From Carcharhinus amblyrhynchos (taxonomy: Eukaryota): 64,000 nt of DNA. A model generated the notes under the pieces. That model worked only from the letters and a program-made list of their open reading frames with translations, ran no database searches and had not been told where the DNA came from. Positions within the stretch are counted from its first letter, which is position 1; each line of letters opens with the position of its first letter. The translations under genes and the position numbers were made by a program. This document shows, one piece after another, positions 13,406 to 25,889 of the stretch. The stretch covers positions 49,600,001-49,664,000 of the forward strand of contig OZ336880.1 of assembly GCA_965287045.1 (NCBI GenBank), in the 5' to 3' direction.

Positions 13406-13708
13406 CATAGAATTCCTACAGTACAGAAGAAGGCCATTCAACCTATTGAGTCTGCACCAACCACAATCCCATGCAGGCCCTACATATTTACCCTTCCAAT
13501 CCCCCGGACACTAGGGTCACTGAGCATGGCCTGTCAATCTAACCTGCACATCTTTGGACTGTGGGAGGAAACTGGAGCACCTGGAGAAAACCCATGCAGA
13601 CATGGGGAGAATGTTCAGACTCTACACAGACAGTAACCCAAGCTGGGAATTGAACCCAGATCCCTGGTGTTGTGAAGCAGCAGTGCTAACCACTGTGTCA
13701 CCGTGCTG
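13406..13708 (-). mobile_element. HE1-like V-SINE
   Basis: Reverse complement of the HE1 head (cagcagtgctaaccactgtgtcaccgtgc) and CR1-type tail. Confidence 0.88.
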
Positions 13709-13711
13709 CAC

Positions 13712-14321
13712 TATCTTGCACAAGGGAAGATGATTGTGGCTGTTGAAGGCCCATCATCCAAGTCCCAGGATGTCATTGCAAGAATTCCTCAGGGTAGTGT
13801 CTAAGGCCCAAACATCTTCAGTTGCTTCGCTGGTGGCAGTTCTTTCATCATAAGGTCAGAGGTGATGACACATGCTGATGGTCACACAATGTTCAACACC
13901 ATTTGCAACTCCTCAGAAAATAAAGCAATTTGTGTACAAGTGCAGCAAGACCTGGACAATATCCAGACCACGGCTGACAAGTGGCAACTAAAATATGCAC
14001 CACACAAGTGCCAAGTGATGACCATCTCCAACAAGAGAGGATCTAACCCCTGCCCCTTGACATTCAATGGCGTTAGCATTGCTGAACTCCCAACTATCAA
14101 TATCCTAGGGGTTACAACTGACCAGAAACTGAACTAGACCAGCCGTATAAATACTGTCGCTACAAATGAAGGTCAGAGGAATGAAACCCTGCAGCGAATA
14201 ACTCCTCTCCTGACTTCCTAAAACTTGTCTACCATCTACGGGCAACAAATCAAGAGTGTAATGGAATACTCTCCACTTGCCTAGATGAGTGCAGTTCCAA
14301 CAACACTCAAGAAGCTTGATA
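13712..14321 (+). mobile_element. CR1-group LINE RT fragment; resumes at 15496-15722
   Basis: ttcctcagggtagtgtctaaggccc (PQGSVLGP), QQDLDNIQ..ADKWQ, ILGVTTDQKLN. Confidence 0.8.
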
Positions 14322-14593
14322 TGCACAGGGCAGGCAGTGCGAGGTTGCCTCTGCACCGGCACGCAAAAGCTATGTTAGCTGTGTTGCCTGCAGCTGTTCC
14401 CCCTTTATACGCTGACACTGGGATCCGAGCTCTCTGTTCCTCTAGTGCTTCCACCCCATTCTCCTGCTTCAGGTGAGTAGAGGTGCTGGTGCTACCTGTC
14501 TCTTGCCAGCACATCTTGGTTCATGATTCAATCTAGCACTGACTCATGTACTGATGACTGAAGGTTGGTTTAAATTGGCAATAGTACCTTGTT

Positions 14594-15200
14594 CATAGAA
14601 CATAGAACATTATAGCGCAGTACAGGCCCTTCAGCCCTCAATATTGTGCCGACCAGTGGAACCAATCTAATGACCCTCTAACCTAAACTATTCCAACGTT
14701 ATCCATATGCCTATCCACTGACCATTTGAACGCCCTTAAAGTTGGCGAGTCCACAACTGCTGCAGGCAGGGCATTCCACCCCCTACTACCCTCTGAGTAA
14801 AGAACCTACCTCTGACATCTGTCCTATAACTACCACCCCTTAATTTAAAGCTATGTCCCCTCGTGTTAGCCATCACCATCCGAGGAAAAAGGCTCTCACT
14901 GTCCACCCTAACCAATCCTTTGATCATCTTGTATGCCTCAATTTGGTCACCTCATAACCTTCTTCTCTCTAATGAAAATAACCTCAAGTCCCCCAGCCTT
15001 TCCTCATAAGACCTTTCCGCCATACCAGGCAACATCCTGGTAACCTCCTCTGCACCCTTTCCAATGCCTCCACATCTTTTTTATAATGCGGCGACCAGAA
15101 CTGTACGCAATACTCCAAGTGCGGCCGCACCAGAGTTTTGTACGGTTGTAACATGACCTCGCGGCTCCGAAATTCAATCCCTCTACCAATAAAAGCCTTC
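14594..15200 (-). mobile_element. Relatively young CR1 LINE 3' fragment
   Basis: RPHLEYCVQFWSPHY; (catagaa)n tail; same subfamily as 25890-27800. Confidence 0.92.
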
Positions 15201-15337
15201 ACATGGCCTGAAGGTTAGTCCAGTGAAGCCTTTATTTGTACACTATAAATGTGACTCCATTGCAGATAAGTACATTTGTATTTGCAAATTAATATGTGAA
15301 ACAATTGTACTTATTTCAAAAATATTAGTCATAAAGA

Positions 15338-15494
15338 TGTGCTGGTTAGATGCTAAATTAGATGCTATGCTAAATTCTCCCTCAGTTTACCCGACCAGGC
15401 ACTGGAGAGTAGCGACTCGGGAATTTTCACAGTAACTTCATTGCACTGTTAATGTAAGCCTATTTGTGACTAACAAATAAATTTTAAACTTTAA
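15338..15494 (+). mobile_element. V-SINE type-B 3' half
   Basis: gctaaattctccctcag...aacttcattgcactgttaatgtaagcctatttgtgact. Confidence 0.75.
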
Positions 15495-16574
15495 ACCATC
15501 CAGAACAAAACAGCCTGCTTGATTGGCACTGCATTCATAAACATTCACTCCCTCCACACCGATACACAATTGCACCATTGTATACTATCTACTAGATGCA
15601 CTGCAGAAACTCATTGGGGCTTCTTATTCAGCACCTTCCAAACCCACAAATCACTCCCATCTAGAAGGAAAAGGGCAACAGATATGTGGGAACACTGTTA
15701 CCTGGAAGTTCCCCTCCAAGTCATATCCTATCCCTTGCCTCCCAGCACATGCGCACACACACACACACACTTTCTCTCTTTCTCTGCATGTCTGCCTGCA
15801 GATTAGTCCAAGCTCTGCAGTTCTATGATTTGCAATATTAATTTCTGTCAATGAATTAGATCAGATGAAAACTGACATTTTTGTCCAACCTGAAAGTTCC
15901 ATTTTGCATTCCATCTCTAAATTACTAAAAAAACACGAATTTTACAGTTTCTTGTGCATTCTTATTGAAGCCTTCCTTCATAGCTACATTGAGTTATGCC
16001 ACACACATGGTCACTGAAACAAAACAAATGGATTTCAGGCCTACTAAGTATTAACAGCTGAGTTTCTGGATGAAAAGTTTGATTACTTGCTGCCAATTTT
16101 ACTTCCCATCCCCACACAAAGTGCCAACAGAGAGTTGAGACTAATTTTTAAATGATCTGAAATTCAATGCACGATTAAGTTCACTTTCAGATGGCCTGTT
16201 TGAATTACTTTAATGATCAAATGTAAAAGTAGTATAGTATACTTTAAACAAAGAAATATAATTTCATGCTATCTTTTGGAAATAAACATACACTGCTGAT
16301 AAAAGGAATTTCCTGTTTGTCTCATCATGGAGGAGTAACTTTTTGTTTACAGACTTTGAGGCTTTTTGTTGTGTAACTTGAGGTTTCCAACAGGAAACTC
16401 ATGGCACAGTGAATGTAAAAACAGATACAAGTCACGATTCCTACATGTATAGCCACTGATTATAATATATGCATACCCCTGTGACCCACATGTAGAAGCA
16501 GATGGGGAAAAAAAGTTGCATATGCACAAAGCTCATTAATAAGAAACCAGCCCATGATCACCTGGCCTTAGACC

Positions 16575-16823
16575 TTTTTGACTGTGTAGAGTCTGTATGT
16601 GTTCTGCGTGAGTTTCCTCTGGGTGTTCCGGTTTCCTCCCACATTCCAAAGTGTGCGGGTTAGGTTAATTGGCCACAGTAAATCGCCCCTCTGTGTCAGG
16701 GGGATTGGCAGGGTAAATGCGTGGGGTTACGGGGATAGGGCCTGGGTGGAATTGTTGTCGAAGCGGGCTTGATGGGCTGAATGGCCTTTATCTGCACCGT
16801 AGGGTTTGTATGATTCTATGATT
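16575..16823 (+). mobile_element. HE1-like V-SINE, 5'-truncated
   Basis: V-domain and tgattctatgattc tail. Confidence 0.82.
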
Positions 16824-16978
16824 CTTTTCTCCCCCCAAACAATGGGCAATAAAAATCTGAAACTTTATAAAGATTAAATATACTTTAAGAAAACATTAAA
16901 TTTCATTGTAAATGAAGCACTGTGAAAGACACTGTAGCTGTAAATTTCTGCTTTGACAGGCTAATCAGCGTAAAGATT

Positions 16979-17064
16979 TGTGACTGACAGACTAACTGAT
17001 TCACCACTGACCCCTACCGGTTTCATGGGGTCAGTGATAGAATCAGTCAAGTCTGTCAGTCACA
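16979..17064. repeat. Inverted repeat / hairpin, ~36-bp arms, 12-nt loop
   Basis: tgtgactgacagactaactgattcaccactgacccc versus ggggtcagtgatagaatcagtcaagtctgtcagtcaca. Confidence 0.9.
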
Positions 17065-17749
17065 TATTTAGGTAGCCACATGCGACATTCAGCGGATGTT
17101 GTGTAGAAAGAGGCTGAGAACCAATAGCATAGGTCAATTCCCAGTTCTTCACCTTTGCTCTACAACACTGCTTGAAAACTGGGGTGAGTGAGAAAGGTCT
17201 TGCCTCGAATCCATCTACTGTCTATCCAATGTTTTCCCCATTGACCAAAAAAAGCAGAAAATTAAAGGAATTATTACATGAAGTGACCATAAATTTTGCT
17301 AGGAAGTTGCAGTGTTATCATGTTTTTGTTCCTACTGTTATTCCAGTAGGAACAATTAAGAAAGATCAGTGATTAAGAGGGGACACTATCAATTTGGCAG
17401 TCAAAGGTGCAGGAAATTGAAGGCAGGGCAAGAAGGCGAAGACAAACAAAAAGACAGTTTGTCATTTTACTTTAGAATGTTTGAGATTTTGAACAGTGCA
17501 CAAACTGCACATTCAACAAATGTATGGGTGAATTACCTAATGACTTTGACTTGCCGATTTCCAGAGATACCACATTGCCTGAAAAACTTGAACAATAAAT
17601 TCAAGAACAGGAAGTAGACTCTGAAGTGGGAATGAAACTATACAACACTGCTTAAGCTTATTCTTCTACAGCTGAAATGAGGAAAGAAATGTTGCCCCAT
17701 TCACTTAACCCATCCAAACCATCTATAAATTTATTTCCTTATCACAGCT

Positions 17750-18430
17750 TACCAGCCCACCTATTTTAGACTCACCTGCAAATTTGGCCATAGCATCTAT
17801 TATCCCAGCATGCAAGTCATTAATATGAATTGTAAATAATTGGGGGTTGAAGACCAAATCCTGTGGCAGCCCCCTAGTTACATCTTGTCAAGCTGAGAAA
17901 GACCCATTTATCCTGACTTTCTGCTTTCTGTTGGATAGCCAATCCTCTATCCAGGTTAATAAGTTACCTCTCATCCCATGTTATCTGATCTTTTGCATGG
18001 CACCATATCAAATGCCTTCTGGAATCCAGATATACTACATCTACTGGATCACCATTATCTACATTACTTGTTACATTTTCAAAGAACCCAAGCAAATTAG
18101 TTAAACACAATTTACTCTTTATAAAACCAGACTGAATCTGATGGATTGCGTTTTGACTTTCTGAATGTCAATTATTGCTTCCTTTTTAATGGATTTTAAC
18201 AATTTCCCAACAATATATGTATTAAATTAATTGGCCTATAGTTTACTACATTTTGTCTTCCTTCCTTTTTGAATATTAGCATTTTTCCAATCCACAGAAC
18301 CATTCCTGAATCCAGGGCATTTTGGAATATTGTAAGTAATGCATCCCTTGATGCTATTTCCTTTAAGACCCTAGGATGTAGGCCACCAGGCCTTGGGGAC
18401 TTGCTTGCTTTCAGTCCCAACAGTTTGCTC
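17750..18430 (-). mobile_element. Old CR1 RT fragment
   Basis: KSPRPGGLHPRVLKEIA, NYRPINL. Confidence 0.8.
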
Positions 18431-19159
18431 CATTATCATGCCAACAAGGGATGAAGTAAGAAAATCTTTAAAATATGTTCTTCTTTCATGTTGTCTTGTT
18501 CAAATTCATTTTCAAAAGGGACCATTTGCTTGTCTGATGTAATGGCTACAGGTCACATACAGATAGTTCTAACCACCATCCCCCATTGCTCACAACTGGC
18601 CTTCAGAAAGTCTCTTCTAAGACAAAGAATGGAATCCTACCAGAGACAAACCCACATCACTGGTATTGACTTGGACTTACTGGAATCCATTTGATTGGAG
18701 TATTTGCTCCTGCACTAGGCTGGCTCATTCTGTCCTACACTGATCAGTGCTGCTGTCATGTCATTGGCTGATACTTCCATTTTATTGCTCATTGGCCAGT
18801 TCCATGTTTGCTCACCTCAAGTGCAGATCACAATACTGGCCATCTTTACCATCATCCTGAGAAAGTCAGACTTGGATTTCAATTCTGCAATTATAGGTTT
18901 TTTTCTGAGTTAAGAGGCACTGAAGCAGTGATCAATTTGTATATTTTCAGGCCTTTACGTTCTGTGGGGTGAAGATGGATGGAGTCAGGAAGGAAGTGAT
19001 ATCATTGGGGGTGGGGCATGGCATCATTGGGGACAAGGCATTATGTCACTGGGGGTGTGGGGCAAGATATTGAGGGGGGCAGAAATGAGGGTGAGCATGG
19101 GGACCCCAAAAGTGTAAGTCCACCACTGCCTCCACTCCAATGGTTTGTAAAGCCCTCCA

Positions 19160-19978
19160 TCTTGTTCGTTCTATTTCACAGTCTTCTACTCTCCCTCTCC
19201 CCTTCCCTCTCAGAATAATAACATAGTCCCTGCCTTCAACTCCAACAGCCTCCATGTTCAACAAGTCACCTTATACCATTTCTGCCTCCTCCAGTGTAAT
19301 GCCACCATGAAGCACAGCTCTTTCCCTCCCTTTCAGCAGTCTGAAGGAACCATTTCCTCCATGACACCCTGGTCCACTCTTCAGACATAGGAACAGTAGG
19401 CAGGTTGGTTCTTCAAGCTTGCTCCACCATTCAATAGGAAGATGGCTGACCTGGGTTATGGTCTCAGCTCCACTTTCCTGTCTGTCCCCACAATTACTGA
19501 CTCCCTTGCCTAATAAAAACCTGAACAAGTTTCCCTTGAATGAATTCAATGACCCAGTTTGCACTATTTCTGGGGAAGAGAATTCCACACAAATTCTCCT
19601 CTCCTCTTTTAAAGGGGACCTCTTTAAGCTATATTGCCCTGGTTTTAATCTACCCACAAATGAAAACATCCTCTGGGTATCCATCCTAACGTCCCATCAG
19701 GATCGTATATGTTTCAATAAGATCATCACTCTTGCTTCAAAACTCCAATGGGTACAGACCTAACCTGTTCAAACTTTTTTTCAGAGAAAAATCCCTTTCA
19801 TCCCATAAAGTGCAACATGAAACCTTTTGTCTTGTCACCCCTCCCGCCCCCATCTTATCACAGACCTTCCCTTTTGTCCTTCTTATCATCCCACTTTTCA
19901 TTTGTTAAAAAGTTATTACATTTCTAGCTACTCCCAGTCCTAATGAAAGGTCAACTGTCTGAAATGTTGGCTCTGTCT
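19160..19978 (+). mobile_element. Penelope-like element fragments with a nested minus-strand CR1 3' end (~19385-19805)
   Basis: PLE-like ccatgacaccctggtccactc; terminal ctaatgaaaggtcaactgtctgaaatgttggctctg. Confidence 0.55.
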
Positions 19979-21104
19979 GGGATTAACTGTGGAAGCAGTG
20001 CTCCTCCCCACCCCTACTGGCTGCAGAGTTAGGATAAGCCCACCTCCACCCGTCTTGAAAGCCAAAATTCTATTTCAAGTGGTTCAGGCAGGTGGTTGCC
20101 TGAAACTGTGGCTTCTGCCCCTGCTTCCAAGAACTGGCAGCCAATCAGACAGCATCTCTTCAATTCTAGCAATGCACCAGAAGTAGTGGCTGCTGCTGGA
20201 ACTACAGCAGTCTCTGGAACAATGATCCTGGAGATGTGCTGTTCCCCAGTAAATGGGGTCAGGGAACCATCGGAGCCAAGGCAGGCCTCAACTGGGGAGG
20301 GGGCAGGAATGGGGAATTTTCACAAGAAGTGTCTTCCCATTGAGGTCGCCTGTGCTGCTGGGAAGTCCTCCGCGGGTCACAGAGTATCCATTCAGGAGGG
20401 AACCCTTTGTAGAGAGGACTCGAGGTTTAACTGAGTGGTTTCCCCCTCTGCTCTGGTAAAACATCAGTGGTGGCAGGAAGAGGCCCTTAATTTTCTGCTT
20501 AAGATTTCAATTGGTTGGGGAAAAGAAGGCCAACCTTGACTTTTTCTACCCCGATTTAAAGAACAGAAGTCAAGAAGGCAATGGGTTCTGCATCCTCATG
20601 TTTTTCTACCCAATTAAACAGTGTCATCTCCTTGCTCACTCACGTGAGCAGAGGGGAAGGGGGGAAATTAAACTCCCATCTATTGCTCCTCGCTGCAGTC
20701 CAAGTAAGAAAATAGCTTTGTGATCATCCTGCGCTGATATGGCCTCCCACTCAGTGCTATTCTTCTCTTGCTCCTTTTTCAGTATCTTATCCTAATCTGT
20801 GTATTCTCTGTTCATTCTCCAAATTATGCTGTATTCTAAAGTAAATGCTTACTAATGTAATCATCTCTTGGAACAACTGGTTCATCTGTAACCCTTGAAA
20901 TCAGCAAAGGCTCCATTAGCATCAGCCACACCACTTTCTAAGGACTTTTGTGAATTTAAGCAACTTTAGGAAGTGTGGAGCACTTGTAAAATCAAAGCAA
21001 CAGCCATCAACCAGCATGAACCTGTGTTCACCATTTGAAGTTAAGAAAGGCATCAATTAAAGCATTGACTTCCAAGATCAAATACTATATTATATCAGCA
21101 CTTC

Positions 21105-21200
21105 AGGCTGCCTGATGCTACAATCTGAAATAAAAACAGAAGATGCTGGAAAAACTTGGCAGGTCTGGCAGCAGAGAGCATGTCAGTCTTCTTCAGACTC
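21105..21200 (-). mobile_element. Penelope-like terminal fragment
   Basis: aaataaaaacagaagatgctggaaaaacttggcaggtctggcagca, shared with copies at 22647, 38846, 40353 and 50090. Confidence 0.6.
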
Positions 21201-21777
21201 TACCTGTCTGCATTCTTCCAGTGGATGTCCATCATGCATACAAATACCCTTATCAATATGATGCCTGGTGTGATTTGCTACACAAGTGGCATTTGTGGGT
21301 CACGTAGTTCTAAGGTTCTGGCAATAACAAAAAACGGTTACAAATAATTGCAATTCTTGCCTGTGATATCTCCTTCACTTCCAGTTTAACTTTTAATCAA
21401 AATTGGGGTTCAAGCTCAGGTTTTCCAGCTGAGAGTCCAGCACTCTAACATAACATAACTTTGTACTTATTACACAAATGAAGAAAAATCTGATTACGAG
21501 GGGAAAAGCCCTCTTCCCAATAGGTTATTGCAAATATAGCCACAAGGTGGTGCTACTTGTATATATCGTTAGATACATTCTTTCTGTAATCTAAACAGGC
21601 ACAGCAAAAACCCTATGAAGCATGATGTTCTTGCAGATAAACCTGAAAAACTACAATATCACAAATGTACTTGTTCTATGAACAAATAATTGTTAATCTT
21701 TCAAAGTGTGCATATTTTCTGACATCTTCTCAGGTTGTGATACTTAGTCTAAAATTGAGGACAATTTCCCTCCCTAT

Positions 21778-21901
21778 GGGGCGGAATTTTCCTATCCTGT
21801 CCGCCATGGGAATTGTAGCAGACAGGACAGGACCATGCAGTCTGTTGACCTCCAGTGGGATTTTCCGGTCTTGTGGAGAGCGCGGTTGGAAAATCTCGCC
21901 C
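21778..21901. mobile_element. Harbinger-type MITE
   Basis: TIRs ggggcggaattttcc / ggaaaatctcgccc; inverted relative to the 8669 copy. Confidence 0.78.
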
Positions 21902-21986
21902 TCAGTCTTTTCCTGATTTCAAACCCTCACCTATCCCATTCTTAGCTGCTTCTCCCTACCTTCCCCTCAACATCCAACATAAATCT

Positions 21987-22106
21987 GAGCTGGAATTCTA
22001 CCTTCCTGCCCACCACGGGAATCGGAGTGGGTGAGGGGTGGACCATGGAAAGGTCCTTTAGCTTCAGGTGGGATTTCGGGACAAGCGAAGCTGTAAAATC
22101 CCGCTC
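21987..22106. mobile_element. Harbinger-type MITE
   Basis: TIRs gagctggaattctac / gtaaaatcccgctc. Confidence 0.72.
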
Positions 22107-22422
22107 CTGGTCTGTTAATTGTTCCCCCAATTTTTTACTGCCTAATTCCTGACCATTTCACTTCCTCAGCCCAGCTTTTCTGAATGAATACAGAAACACA
22201 TCATTTTCTCAATATTATTACCACACATTTCCACCATTTGTTACTTATGACACTCTCATCTGATTTTCATATCAGACATGGCACACATACTGTACAGATC
22301 AAAATTACAAAAGATAGTAACTAGGATGGTGTTTCGGAGAGAGGTCCCAGTTTCCTCGAACATTGTGGAGTTTTATCTCCATGGTGCACATTTTTTGAAA
22401 CAGATTCTTTGGGTAGACCAAG

Positions 22423-22812
22423 AGGTAGTCGACAACACCTAGAAGAGTGGGTGAAAGTAGGACCGAGAGGCAATAATCAGCATCTAGAAGAGCAGATAAA
22501 AGGAGGATCAGGAGGCAGTCAGCATCATCTAGAAGAACAAGTGAAAAGAGGGCTGGGAGGCTGTCAGTACCACCTACAATAGTGGGCAAAAAGAAGACCG
22601 GGAGGCAGTCAGCATCATCTAAAAGAGCTGATGAAAGGAGGATAAAAGCAAATTATTGTGGATGCCGGAATCTGAAACCAAAAGAGAAAATGCTGGAAAA
22701 TCTCAGCAGGTCTGGCAGCATCTGTAAGGAGAGAAAGGAGCTGACATTGAGTCCAGATGACCCCTTTGTCAAAGCTGAGATAAAAGGAGGACCAGGAAGC
22801 AGTCAGCAGCAC
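22423..22812 (+). repeat. 45-bp tandem repeat (5 in-register units plus a partial unit), interrupted by a Penelope-like fragment at ~22645-22775
   Basis: Units start at 22423, 22468, 22513, 22558 and 22603 (consensus aggcagtcagcatcatctagaagagcaggtgaaaggaggaccggg). Confidence 0.85.
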
Positions 22813-22919
22813 TTTGAACAGCTATCCAATCCAGTCTGTGGCTCCAGAGCAGAGCGGCCATATTCTGAGAGAAATCAAAGTGTGACAGCACAGAAAAACA
22901 AACAAGTGATTAGTTGCTT

Positions 22920-23180
22920 ATCATAGAATCCTGCAGTGCAGAAAGAGGCCATTCGGCCCATTGAGTCTGCACCAACCACAATCCTACCTAGCCCCTAACC
23001 CTGTAGTTCCACGTATTTACCCTGCTAATCCCCCTGACACTAAGGGCCAATTTATCATGACCAATCAATCTAACCTGCACATCTTTGGACTGTGAGAGGA
23101 AACCAGAGCACCCGGAGGAAACCCATGCAGACAGGAGGAGAACATGCAAACTCCCCACAGACAGTGACCCAAGTTGGAAA
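22920..23180 (-). mobile_element. HE1-like V-SINE
   Basis: tcatagaatcctgcagtgcagaaagaggccattcggccc tail; V-domain. Confidence 0.85.
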
Positions 23181-24409
23181 CTTGATGGTCAGTTCGTTTA
23201 TCTTCAAATCAAACGTATTAGCAGTTGTAAGGTTCTATTAATTATAGTAAGGGTTACTTGCAGTAGTAAAGGTTATGGGAGTAGAAGAGTTTGCTAATTA
23301 TTTTTCTTAATTTATAATTAATACATAATAAAGATGTCAGGGCAGGATTGCAACTACAGAATGTGGGAGCTCCTGCATGCTGGTGTGATCCATGGAAAAA
23401 ATGTGTAATAAGTGTCTGCACCTTAAGGAGCTTCAATCAGAGTTGTTGAACTAGAGACTGAGTTCCTGACACTGTGGCACATGAGGGAGGGGGAATATTG
23501 TACCAGAAGGAATCAGACCCCTTTGGAGAGGGTCTTCTGATTTGGTCAGTGGTTAGGAACAGGACCGTGTGGCTGTGAGTGAGAAAGCTTTGGGGATCCA
23601 GAAGGTATAAAAGTGGGGTGCCTCAGTCTTTGCAATTGTCCAATAGGTTTGAGGTTCTTGCAACCTGCATGAATGAAAACAGTGGCTACAAGGTGGGTGA
23701 ACAAATCTATCATTGTACAGGGAACCATTCAAGCAGGGGGAATTGATAGGAATATAGCAGGAATAGAGGACAGTATAGTCAGAGGAATGCACGTAGTTCT
23801 CTGCGGTTTGAAGCGAGAGTCCAGAAGGCTGTGTTGCATGTCCAGTGCCATAGTTCAGGACATTTTCTGTGGGAAGGGGAGGATCCAGTGGTTGTGGTGC
23901 ATGCAGGTAGCAATAACATAGGAAAGATTAAGAAAAGATAGTACTTAGAGGATATGAGTAGCTAGGGGCTAAATTAAAAAGCACAACTTCAAAGGTAATA
24001 AATCTCTGGATTATTGCCTAAGCCATGAGCAAGTTGGTGTAAATAATATCATGCATGGTTCAAAGATTGGTGTGGGAGAAATGGGCTTTGATTCATGGGA
24101 CACTGGCACCAGTATGGGGGAAATAGGAGCTGTACTGCTGCACCATGCTAGGGCTAGTTTTCTGGCAAATTATATAACCAGGGCAGTAGAAGGGCCTTCA
24201 ACTAAATAGTAGGGGGGAGGGGTTGTGCAAGGTTTTGATAAGAAAAGTGAAAACTAGAAGGTGGCAGGAAGGGACAGAACATCCAAATTAAACAGTACAT
24301 CTTAAATTGCAAAAATGGGAAAAATAACTAAAGGCTTTGTATCCCAATACATGTAGCACTCGTAACAAAACTGATTAATTGACAGCTCAGATAGAAATTA
24401 ATGTATATG

Positions 24410-24545
24410 GGCTGGAACACTCAGATATCGCATGCCCTGCTACTGCTGCCAGCAAGAACAGAAAATGTAGCGCTCAGCCAAATCTCCATTTACAGCAGCG
24501 GAGCCAGACAATCCCAGTCGTGGACAAGGTCAGAGAATTCCAGTC
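24410..24545. mobile_element. Harbinger-type MITE with 3-bp TSD ATG
   Basis: ATG|ggctggaacactc ... gagaattccagtc|ATG. Confidence 0.75.
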
Positions 24546-25269
24546 ATGATCTGATGACAATTCAAGCATACATAACATCTTGGAAGCCAGGAAAAGGTGG
24601 AGGGGTAGCTCTGTTAATTAATAGTGACATTAGTACAATAGAGGGATATTACCTTATTTTAAAGATGCAGAATCAGTTTGGGTAGACATAATAGTAAAGA
24701 TATGAACTCATTTGTGGCAGAAGTTTATAGACTTGTTAACATTAACCACAGTGCTGGATGGAGTATACAGAAAGAAATAATGGAGACTTATGAGAAAAAT
24801 ACAGCGATAATCATGGGTGATTTTAATCTGCATACAGATTGGGTGAACCAGATTGGCAAAAGTAGCCTGGAGGATGAGTTTTTGGGAAAAGTTCTTTAAG
24901 CAGCATGTGCTAATGACAACCAAAGAGAAGGCTACTCACGATCTGGTAAAGTGCCATGAGATATGATTAATAAATGATCTTTTAGTAAAAGCACCTCTAA
25001 GTAGCAGTGATCATGACATGATTGAATTTTGCATTGTGTCAAGGAAGGGAAGGGTGGGAATAAGACTAGTGTTTTGAACTTAAATAAGGGCAATTATGAG
25101 GGTATGAAGATGGAGTTCACTAAAGTGAACTGGGAAATTAGGTTAAGGGATAGTCGAGAGGCAATGGATGACATTTAGGGAGATGTTTTATAACATTCAA
25201 CAAAGATATTCCAGTGAGAAATAAAGATTCTAGAGGGAGGATGTACCATTTGGCTTATGGATAGTATCA

Positions 25270-25595
25270 TGGAATCATAGAATCTCTACAATGCAGAAAG
25301 AGGTCATTTGGCCCATTGAGCCTGCACCGACAACAATCCCATCCAGGTCCTATCCCCGTAACCCCAAGTTAATCCTGTTAATCCCCTTAACACTAATAGT
25401 CAATTTAGCATGGCCAATCAACCTAATCTACACATCTTTCAGACTGTGGGAGTAAACCGGAGCATCCAGAGGAAACCCACACGGACACAAGGAGAACATG
25501 CAAACTCCACATAAACTGTCACCCAAAGCTGGAACTGAACCTGGGTCCCTGATGCTGTGAGGTGGCAGTGCTAACCACTGTGCCACCGTGCCACC
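25270..25595 (-). mobile_element. HE1-like V-SINE
   Basis: Full head (gtgctaaccactgtgccaccgtgcc) and tail. Confidence 0.88.
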
Positions 25596-25889
25596 CAATA
25601 GCGTCAAATTGAAAGAAAATGTATACAATTCTGTAAAGATTAGTGGTAGGTTAGAAGAGACGATAGAACACATAAAACCATAAAGAATGGCTATAAAATA
25701 ATGAGGGAGAAACTGGAACACAAGAGAAAGCTAGCTAGGAATATAAGATGTATGTTAACCATTTGTACAGGTATTTAGAAAGGAAAAGAATAAGTGAACA
25801 GTGATACCCTACAGTGTGTCTCTGGGGAATTAATAATGGAAAATGGTAGATGAATTGAACAGTTATTTTGCCTCTGTCTTTAACATACA

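Noticed and set aside
15745-15786. (CA)n/(CT)n microsatellite
   Set aside because: Short, ordinary simple repeat
22423-22650. 45-bp array as CRISPR or as a 15-aa coding repeat
   Set aside because: Units are contiguous and diverged with no unique spacers or cas genes in a vertebrate intron; the + frame has a stop (TAG) in unit 4
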